Source of the DNA: Deltaproteobacteria bacterium
GTDB taxonomy: Bacteria; Desulfobacterota; GWC2-55-46
Reading direction: 5' to 3'
Assembly: GCA_016234935.1 (NCBI GenBank)
Contig: JACRNL010000010.1
Span: 276,589-340,588, forward strand
DNA: 64,000 nucleotides
In this document: in pieces, positions 57,084 to 64,000 of the stretch
Layout: the number at the start of each line of letters is the position of its first letter
How positions within the stretch are numbered: the stretch's first letter is position 1
Notes under the pieces: generated by a model
Databases searched by the model: none
Seen by the model: the letters and a program-made list of their open reading frames with translations, nothing else
What the model was told of the DNA's origin: nothing
Made by a program: the position numbers and the translations under genes

Positions 57084-57250
57084 GTCTACATAACACAACG
57101 AAAGATAAAAACACAGGCCGTGTCAATGCGGATTAATCCCGAAACCCTTCAGGTTGTCGAATTTACTGCGCAGAAGGTAAAACGCGCCGTATCCGCCATT
57201 GCAGGGATTATAAATAGACAAAAGGATTTTAAATGATATGGATTTAATTG

Positions 57251-58630
57251 CTAAGCGTTTTTAATCGGCTGCTTGATTCCAAGCGACTTCATTTTCATAA
57301 GAAGGGTGTTCCTGTGGATATTGAGATGCCTTGCGGCCTTTGACTTGTTCCAGTTGGTCTTATTCAATACCTCGACGATGTAATGCCTCTCAAAGCAGAT
57401 CAGGGCCTCATGGAAGTCCTTTGCCTCGTCGATGGAACCGCGCTTTATTCCGGGGCAGAACATATTGACAGGCAGGTCTTTGTAGGTAATGCCGGCGCCG
57501 TCTCTGGCTATGACTACAAGCCTTTCCATGAGGTTTTCAAGCTCCCTTACGTTGCCAGGCCATTCATATTCACAGAGCGCGTCCATCGCATCCTTTGCAA
57601 TGCCTTTGATGGCCTTCCTGCATTTCGCGCAGTGCTTTTTAAGAAAGTGCTCGGCAAGAAGGGGGATGTCCTCTTTCCTCTCGCGAAGCGGAGGAAGCTC
57701 TATGGGCACGACCTTCAGCCTGTAATAGAGGTCTTCCCTGAACCTGCCCTTTTTGACCTCCTGTTCAAGGTCGACGTTCGTCGCGGCAATAACCCTTATG
57801 TCGACCTTTATAGGCACGTTGCCGCCTACCCGTTCAAAGGTCTTCTCCTGCAAGGCGCGAAGGAGCTTTATCTGAAGGTGCATGGGAAGGGTAGCCACCT
57901 CGTCGAAAAATATGGTGCCGCCGTCCGCGTATTCGAACTTGCCGATCTTCCTTGCTATGGCCCCGGTGAAGGCCCCCCTTTCATGGCCGAACAGCTCGCT
58001 TTCCATTAATTCCGACGGGACCGCTCCGCAGTTGACGGCGACAAAAGGCTTGTCCTTCCTTTCGCCCATCGAATAAATGGCCCTTGCGACAAGTTCTTTG
58101 CCGGTTCCGCTTTCGCCGGTTATCAGGACGTTGGAAGAGGTTTTTATGACCGATTCGATGTGCTCCAGCACCTCTTTCATCTTGGGCGAAGCGCTGAGTA
58201 TCTCGCCGTAATACGTGAACTCCTTGAACATCTCTTCCTTAAGGTAGTCCACCTCGTTTTTAAGGTTCACCCTGTCCACATACCTTTTCAGGGTCATCAG
58301 AAGATCATCGCTGTCAAAGGGCTTGGTAACGTAGTCATACGCGCCCTTTTTCAAGGCGGAGACCGCGGTCTTCGCGTTGTCGCTGGCGGAAAGCATGATC
58401 ACGCCGGCTTCGCCGTCAATGGATTTTATCTTTTCAAGCGTTTTAAGCCCGTCCATGCCGGGCAGGTTTACGTCCATCAGGATGATGTCAAAGTGCCTTG
58501 CGCGCACGGCTTCGAGCGACTCGGCGCCGTCCTTTGCGGCGCATATCTCGTAGACGTCCTTTAAAATAAGCTCAAGGCTTTTCCTGACGGAACTATCATC
58601 GTCTACTATCAAAACGGCAAGTTTTTTCAT
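57251..58630 (-). CDS. sigma-54-dependent response regulator (REC-AAA+-Fis HTH, NtrC family)
   Basis: MKKLAVLIVDDD…, GESGTGKELVARAIY, GAFTGA, and a C-terminal HTH. An alternative start lies 19 codons upstream. Confidence 0.85.
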   Translation of the reverse strand: MKKLAVLIVDDDSSVRKSLELILKDVYEICAAKDGAESLEAVRARHFDIILMDVNLPGMDGLKTLEKIKSIDGEAGVIMLSASDNAKTAVSALKKGAYDYVTKPFDSDDLLMTLKRYVDRVNLKNEVDYLKEEMFKEFTYYGEILSASPKMKEVLEHIESVIKTSSNVLITGESGTGKELVARAIYSMGERKDKPFVAVNCGAVPSELMESELFGHERGAFTGAIARKIGKFEYADGGTIFFDEVATLPMHLQIKLLRALQEKTFERVGGNVPIKVDIRVIAATNVDLEQEVKKGRFREDLYYRLKVVPIELPPLRERKEDIPLLAEHFLKKHCAKCRKAIKGIAKDAMDALCEYEWPGNVRELENLMERLVVIARDGAGITYKDLPVNMFCPGIKRGSIDEAKDFHEALICFERHYIVEVLNKTNWNKSKAARHLNIHRNTLLMKMKSLGIKQPIKNA

Positions 58631-58758
58631 TGTGCGCCCGCTGCTCCCGTATTTTCGCTGCATGTCTTTGAGACCTATCGTCATTGATAAACCCCCTGGC
58701 GGGCAATACAAAAACAACACGCATTATTTATTGTAAATAAACAGTTTAACTATTGTGC

Positions 58759-58787
58759 ATTATACGCACATAAACAAACCAAGTCAA
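58759..58787 (-). promoter_or_regulatory. sigma70-like promoter (TTGACT-N17-TATAAT on minus strand) in the AT-rich leader of the sigma54 regulator gene
   Basis: Minus strand reads ttgacttggtttgtttatgtgcgtataat. A second TGcTATAAT extended -10 lies ~80 nt further upstream. Confidence 0.45.
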
Positions 58788-58896
58788 TACTTGTTTAAAA
58801 ATTTTCCTTCAAATGCTTTAAGTTGGCATTATAGCAGAGATTATTGACGCTGCTACAAGAGTTGCAGCTTTTTCAGATGATGGATGTTCCGTGCGG

Positions 58897-60267
58897 TTAC
58901 GTCAACTCTTCGTTTTCTATTCCGTAGCTTTTTATCTTCCTGTAAAGGTGGCTCCTTTCAAGCCCTATGGCCTCCGCCGTCTTTGCGATATTGCCGCCGT
59001 GCTCCCTGAGCTTCCTTAGGATAAACTCCCTTTCAAAATCCCTTCTGGCCTCCTTTATGAGCGCGCTTTTAAAGACGTTGCCGATGGGATGAGCCGACTG
59101 CGCGCCGCGGATGTAAGGCGGGACGTCGTCCGGCATGATAACGTTAGTGGGCGTCATTATGACAAGACGCTCGATGATGTTTTTAAGCTCCCTGACGTTG
59201 CCCGGCCAGCCGTATTTCATCAGTATCCGGACGGCCTCCGGACTTATCGTGAACGCATCCCTTGACGTCTCGCGCGAGAACTCCTTTAAAAAATAGTCGA
59301 TAAAAAGAGGAATATCCTCAGCCCTCTCGCGCAGGGGCGGCACCGCGAACGGGATGACGTTAAGCCGGTAGTATAGGTCCTCCCTGAACGCGCCTTTTAT
59401 TATCTCTTCCCTCAGGTTCTTGTTCGTCGCCGCGATGACCCTTACGTCCACGCTTACGCGCTCGGTCCCGCCCACGCGTTCAAATGTCTGCTCCTGAAGT
59501 ATGCGCAGGACCTTTGCCTGCGTCTTGAGGCTCATGTCGCCAATCTCGTCAAGAAAGATGGTGCCCTTGTCCGCGAGGTCGAACTTGCCCTTCTTCTGCG
59601 CCGCGGCGCCTGTGAAGGCCCCCTTTTCATGGCCGAACAGCTCGCTCTCGATAAGCTCCTCCGGAATGGCGGCGCAGTTGACTTCGACAAAGGGCCTGCC
59701 GCTCCTCAGGGAAAGAAGGTGGATGTTCCTTGCCACGAACTCCTTGCCTGTCCCGTTCTCTCCGGTGATGAGGGCCGTTGAATTGGACGGCGCGGCGCGC
59801 CTTATGGCGCCCACCATGTCTTCAACGGCCTTTGTCTTTCCGATTATTTCATACCTTGCGAGAGCCTTTGCGCGCAGCTCGTTGTTTTCCTCGACAAGAC
59901 GCTTTTGCTCAAGGGCGTGCTCCACGGTGAGTATTACCTTGTCAAGGGAGAGGGGCTTTTCGATGAAGTCATAAGCGCCGAGCTTGGTGGCCTTCACGGC
60001 GGTCTCGATGTTGGCGTGCCCTGAGATCATTATGACCGGCAGGGCGGGGTATTTTTTCTTTATCTCCTTAAGCGCGTCAATGCCGTCCATGCCCGGCAGC
60101 CAGATGTCAAGCAGGACTATCTCAGGGATGCGGCTGTCTAACTTTTTAAGCGCCTCCTCCGCCGAGCCTGCGCTCGCGACCGCATAACCCTCGTCCCTGA
60201 AGACGCCGCCGAGCGCCTCTCTTATGTCTATCTCATCGTCAACTACCATTATATTTTTCACTGTCAA
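58897..60267 (-). CDS. ntrX: sigma-54-dependent response regulator NtrX-like
   Basis: MTVKNIMVVDDEIDIRE…, GENGTGKEFVARNIH, GAFTGA, C-terminal HTH. Immediately downstream of ntrY. Confidence 0.85.
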   Translation of the reverse strand: MTVKNIMVVDDEIDIREALGGVFRDEGYAVASAGSAEEALKKLDSRIPEIVLLDIWLPGMDGIDALKEIKKKYPALPVIMISGHANIETAVKATKLGAYDFIEKPLSLDKVILTVEHALEQKRLVEENNELRAKALARYEIIGKTKAVEDMVGAIRRAAPSNSTALITGENGTGKEFVARNIHLLSLRSGRPFVEVNCAAIPEELIESELFGHEKGAFTGAAAQKKGKFDLADKGTIFLDEIGDMSLKTQAKVLRILQEQTFERVGGTERVSVDVRVIAATNKNLREEIIKGAFREDLYYRLNVIPFAVPPLRERAEDIPLFIDYFLKEFSRETSRDAFTISPEAVRILMKYGWPGNVRELKNIIERLVIMTPTNVIMPDDVPPYIRGAQSAHPIGNVFKSALIKEARRDFEREFILRKLREHGGNIAKTAEAIGLERSHLYRKIKSYGIENEELT

Positions 60268-60356
60268 CCCTGTCCTGTCGCTGCGTTTGCCGCCTGCCTC
60301 GCGAGAAGCGCGGGGGCTGGAGCCCCTTCAAGGGGCTCGGCCCCTTCAAGCGGATG

Positions 60357-62582
60357 TTATATCGCTGCCGCCTTTACAGGCAGTTCGATTATGAAGCGCG
60401 TGCCCCTCGGCACGTTGTCCTTTACCCTTATGTACCCGTTATGGTCGGCTATGATGTTGCTGACGATGGCCAGCCCCAGTCCCGTGCCGGTCTTCTTTGT
60501 GGAGAAGTAGGGCTCGAAAAGCTTTGACTTTATCTCCGCCGGGATGCCGGTGCCGTTGTCCGCCACCTCCAGACGCGCCGCCTGCATGCCCTCGTCAAAA
60601 TGCGTCTCGACGCGGATGGTCCCGTCATCTTCAACGGCCGAGACCGCGTTGTCGATAAGGTTTATCAAAACCCGTTTTATCTGGTCCCTGTCTATGTCCA
60701 GCGCCGGAAGCCTCTGGTCGACGAGCGCCTCGAAGGTGATCCGCCTCGCGCCGGCCTTGTAGAGGGCCACGGTCTCCCTTACTATCTCGTTCAGGTCGTT
60801 AGAGCTTGGGTTGGACGCCGGCATGCGCGCGAAACTGGAAAACTCGTTGACGAGCGTCTTTAATTCGTCAACCTGCTTGATGATGGTAGTGGTGCACTCG
60901 TCAAAGACGTTTCCGTCGCCCTCGAACCTGTCAAGGTACTTTTTCCGTATCCTCTGCGCCGAAAGTTTTATCGGCGTCAGGGGGTTTTTAATCTCATGGG
61001 CTATCCTCCTGGCCACCTCTTTCCATGCAAACATCCTCTGCGTTTTAAGAAGGTGCGTCAGGTCGTCAAGCACGGCGACCATGCCGATATAGTTGCCGCT
61101 CTCGTCGCGCAGGGCGTTGAGGTTGACCAGGACCGTCATGTGGTTGCCCCTCACGTCGAGACGCATCTGCTTTTCCATTGACTCCACGCCCAGCTCGTTC
61201 ATCTCCCGTATCATATCACGGAATATCTCCCTGTCCTCCTCGCGCAGCACGTCCCTGTAGTTCTTTCCGAACGCGGAATTCTCCTCCGTGCCCAGCAGTT
61301 CGGCGCCGACCCTGTTTATCGAGGTGATGCGTCCGGTCTTGTCTATTGAAACGACGCCGGCGGGGACGTTGCTGAGGACTATCTCTATGTAGCGCCTTCT
61401 TCTTTCAAGCTCGGCGTTAGTGCCGCGCAGATCAAGATTAGCCTCCTCAAGCTGGCCCTTGCCGGCCTTTAAATCCTCGGTCATCCTGTTAAAGGACTTG
61501 ACCAGAAGGCCGATCTCGTCGTCAGACTCTATGTTTATCTTGTATTCGAGGTTCCCGCTCGCCACGGCGTGAGTGCCCTCGGCGAGCTGATGTATGGGGA
61601 TGGTGATCTCCCGCGCCATGTAGCGGCCTATCCATATCGAGAAAAAGACTATAAGGAGAGTGATGACCAGAAGTATCGTGAAGTAGCTGGCCTTCACCGG
61701 GAAGTTAAGGAGTTTGAGCTGCCTGTAACCCTCGAAGGCGGCGGATATCTCCTTCATCTTGTCAAGAAGGCTTCTGGGCACATAGTAGCTCACGACCACG
61801 ACGGCATTGACCTGTTTCGGGTCGGCCTGCGACAGGACAGGGTAGATGCCCCTGACAACGTCGCTCTTGTCAAAGGTCTCCATGACGCTCGACGCCTCTC
61901 CCTGCATCGCCTTTGCCACGTGCTCCATGCCCACGAGCGGGACCATGTTCTGAGTTACGGCATTGGATATCGCGTAACCGGCCATGCCGCCGTCCGGGGT
62001 GTAGACCTCTATCGCGGAAAAGTCATTCTCCTTCATCTTTGTTTCAATGATGCGGCTGAGCGCCTGGGCGTCCGCCGGCTCAAACGAGGCGTCAACGCTT
62101 CCGGCGAGCGTCCTTGAGCCGGAGACAACCCTGTCCGTCAGGTCCCTGTAATAGTTCTGTCCAAGCTCAAGGGACTCCTGAAGGGAATCTTCGACTTTTA
62201 TGGCGAACCAGCCGTCTATGCTTTTATTTATAAAGCCTATGACAACGAAGAAAAGGACGAACGTGGGGACTATCGTGAGGGCGACAAAGGCCGTAATGAG
62301 CTTGGTCATGAGCCTGGAGCCCATTACCTTCCTCTTTCTTTCAAAGAAAAGCTTGACCGTGTTCCTGATGACAAGGAATATGAGCAGCACTATCAGGATG
62401 ATGTTGATATTGATGAGGCCGAGGAACAGGATGTTCGTCGGCAGCGGCACGTTTTCGCTTACGAGCGAAATGTGAGATTCTACGTATGTTAAAAAAAGGA
62501 CAGCCGCGATGACAAGGAGTATTATGTAAAACTCCCTGCGCCTTCTTTTGTGTTCCGCCTCTGTTCTCTGGTTATTTTCCAT
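60357..62582 (-). CDS. ntrY: sensor histidine kinase NtrY-like (TM-HAMP-PAS-HisKA-HATPase)
   Basis: H-box RRIAHEIKNPLTPI, N/G1/G2 boxes, N-terminal multi-TM region. Confidence 0.85.
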   Translation of the reverse strand: MENNQRTEAEHKRRRREFYIILLVIAAVLFLTYVESHISLVSENVPLPTNILFLGLININIILIVLLIFLVIRNTVKLFFERKRKVMGSRLMTKLITAFVALTIVPTFVLFFVVIGFINKSIDGWFAIKVEDSLQESLELGQNYYRDLTDRVVSGSRTLAGSVDASFEPADAQALSRIIETKMKENDFSAIEVYTPDGGMAGYAISNAVTQNMVPLVGMEHVAKAMQGEASSVMETFDKSDVVRGIYPVLSQADPKQVNAVVVVSYYVPRSLLDKMKEISAAFEGYRQLKLLNFPVKASYFTILLVITLLIVFFSIWIGRYMAREITIPIHQLAEGTHAVASGNLEYKINIESDDEIGLLVKSFNRMTEDLKAGKGQLEEANLDLRGTNAELERRRRYIEIVLSNVPAGVVSIDKTGRITSINRVGAELLGTEENSAFGKNYRDVLREEDREIFRDMIREMNELGVESMEKQMRLDVRGNHMTVLVNLNALRDESGNYIGMVAVLDDLTHLLKTQRMFAWKEVARRIAHEIKNPLTPIKLSAQRIRKKYLDRFEGDGNVFDECTTTIIKQVDELKTLVNEFSSFARMPASNPSSNDLNEIVRETVALYKAGARRITFEALVDQRLPALDIDRDQIKRVLINLIDNAVSAVEDDGTIRVETHFDEGMQAARLEVADNGTGIPAEIKSKLFEPYFSTKKTGTGLGLAIVSNIIADHNGYIRVKDNVPRGTRFIIELPVKAAAI

Positions 62583-62591
62583 ACGCCGCGG

Positions 62592-63143
62592 CTATTTTAT
62601 GCGAAAATTGTACGCATACCAGTCCGTCTCAAAATCCCAGTACCTTACGAAAAAAAACATATAGTTGAGCAAAAACGGAAGTTTTACCGTGCGCAGTTCA
62701 GCCTTTATCTTCAACTCGTAATCCTGTCCCGCGGCGGCCGGCGCCGCGTAATCAAGCGTGACGGCGCTGCCGGTGGACATGATCTTCTTCATCTCGCCGA
62801 ACTCCTTCGTCCTTACGACATCCGCCTCGTCGCGCGTTATTTCGTATTCCTCCTTCAGGGTGTCATACTTGACCGTATGCCTGAACTGCCATTTGCCGAC
62901 GCCCTCGTTAAACCAGTGGCTTTTGACGCGGGCCAACTCCATGAAAAAGGTGAAGGACGTGGGCACGCCGCTCCTGATGGCCTCTTCGATCTCCTTTGTA
63001 AACGCGTTCATTACCGTAAAGGAAACCCTGATGTCCGCGCCGCTTTCAACCCTGACCCCGTCAATGGCCGGCTCGAAACAATGACCCTGCCCTGCAATGG
63101 CAAGCAGTGAAAAAAAGGTTAAACCTGCGATGAACTTCTTCAT
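62592..63143 (-). CDS. DUF4390-domain periplasmic protein (typical ntrY-upstream partner)
   Basis: Signal peptide MKKFIAGLTFFSLLAIAG. Its stop is 10 nt from the ntrY start. Confidence 0.65.
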   Translation of the reverse strand: MKKFIAGLTFFSLLAIAGQGHCFEPAIDGVRVESGADIRVSFTVMNAFTKEIEEAIRSGVPTSFTFFMELARVKSHWFNEGVGKWQFRHTVKYDTLKEEYEITRDEADVVRTKEFGEMKKIMSTGSAVTLDYAAPAAAGQDYELKIKAELRTVKLPFLLNYMFFFVRYWDFETDWYAYNFRIK

Positions 63144-63306
63144 TATTATAAATGAATTAACCCTAAAAGGTTTCTCTAAAATTTTTTGTGATTTCAGCCT
63201 TGACGATATAATATAACCAATTCAAGGTTAAATTGCAATAGACCGCCTTTATAACCTCGCTGTTTTTCAGCTTAAAGACAGGCGGGGCCAAAGCCCCGCG
63301 CCGCTT

Positions 63307-63936
63307 TTATTTCCCGTTGTTCAGGATGGCTTCCATGAATCTTGAACTTTCCGGCGCGTCCGCGTTCTTATCAAGCAGGCGCAGATACTCCGGCGTGTCA
63401 ATGTCATTCCAGGGCTTCAGGAGCTTAAAGCTCATCGCGCTTGAGCGCAAATTTTCAATCGTCATCTCAAGCGCCTTTTCAATGCTCCACGGTATCATCC
63501 GGAAGGGGATGGCGCTCGGCGCGTCCATGGCGATAAGGTAATACCCGCCGTCCATTGCAGGACCGAGGACAACGTCTGTCAGGCCGTCAAGAAGCGCAAA
63601 GGCTTCTTCTACATATGAACGCGGCAGGTCAGGGCTGTCGCTTCCGATTATTGAAACTTTTTCATACCCTTTTTTAAACAACGCGTCGAAAACGTTAAAC
63701 ATTCTGCGGCCAATATTATCGCCGCGCTGAAAAAATAGCGTTACTCCTTCAGGCACTATCCCTATCAACGGCTCGCAGCCGTTTTCAAGGCCCTCAGGGG
63801 CGCAGGCGGCGTAAAGGTCTACGCCGCCCAGCCGGCTTGCCATATTGAATGTATCACGGATAAAGCATGCGTAAAGTCCGGCGGCTTGAATGGGGGTAAG
63901 CGGCGGCGTCAGCCTTGTTTTCACCAGGCCCGGCAA
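63307..63936 (-). CDS. DUF2064-family (TIGR04282-like) glycosyltransferase-fold protein, N-terminus apparently truncated
   Basis: …PGLVKTRLTPPLTPIQAAGLYACFIRDT… Only a TTG start 2 codons before the conserved VKTRL, with an in-frame stop just upstream. Window ends at 64000. Confidence 0.5.
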   Translation of the reverse strand: MPGLVKTRLTPPLTPIQAAGLYACFIRDTFNMASRLGGVDLYAACAPEGLENGCEPLIGIVPEGVTLFFQRGDNIGRRMFNVFDALFKKGYEKVSIIGSDSPDLPRSYVEEAFALLDGLTDVVLGPAMDGGYYLIAMDAPSAIPFRMIPWSIEKALEMTIENLRSSAMSFKLLKPWNDIDTPEYLRLLDKNADAPESSRFMEAILNNGK

Positions 63937-64000
63937 GGGCGTTTGCGTGTTGCACGATAAGTCCCTCTATATGCTTCTATTATCCAAAAAAGCAACGCAA

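Noticed and set aside
57126-57236. 36-codon ORF MRINPETLQVVEFTAQKVKRAVSAIAGIINRQKDFK downstream of the consensus promoter at 57055
   Set aside because: No Shine-Dalgarno sequence and no family resemblance. Kept only as a possibility under the sRNA/antisense interpretation.

Overview
This is a 64-kb GC-rich (~58-60% GC) bacterial chromosomal segment of mostly housekeeping genes, many on the minus strand. Protein-coding content: (1) ppa-pntAA-pntAB-pntB operon, where pntB is ~210 aa too long because its NADP(H)-binding dIII domain is tandemly duplicated. (2) A rhodanese-pncA pair in which the rhodanese has an in-frame TGA at the catalytic-Cys position (candidate selenoprotein). (3) M16 peptidase, sppA, a PEPCK/HprK-like P-loop kinase, a LOG-RHH pair, guaA-guaB-ppx, exbB/exbD-like genes, tilS and polA. 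(4) An orphan NapC/NirT tetrahaem cytochrome and the oxidative pentose-phosphate cluster gnd-zwf-pgl. (5) Second-messenger signalling genes: REC-PilZ, PAS, PAS-GAF-HD-GYP, and a CHASE2 adenylate cyclase with FecR, plus a transglutaminase-like protein and HlyD. (6) ygiQ radical SAM, surE, purF-purL, NUDIX, dksA-like, archaeal-type MAT, queH, ruvCAB-yebC. (7) A DUF4390-ntrY-ntrX module, a second sigma54 activator, and a DUF2064 gene at the window edge. No rRNA, tRNA, CRISPR, transposase or integrase was found. The most unusual content is non-genic: (a) a ~125-bp MITE-like element with terminal inverted repeats (5 copies) that has compensatory substitutions in an internal hairpin and sits exactly at gene ends, donating stop codons, short tails and U-tract terminators; (b) a second hairpin family (CCAGCRCCACTTTCC...GGAAAGTGGYGCTGG) in the leaders of four minus-strand genes, also with compensatory changes; (c) GC-rich REP-like palindromes, two of them inserted in-frame into tilS and the HD-GYP gene. 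Two AT-rich islands (the ygiQ leader, and a CopG-like RHH gene between yebC and a sigma54 regulator) each carry a perfect sigma70 consensus promoter. Start codons were chosen by homology, RBS and overlap logic, and the ORF track labels non-ATG starts as M. Coordinates of derived starts and repeats are approximate to a few nt.
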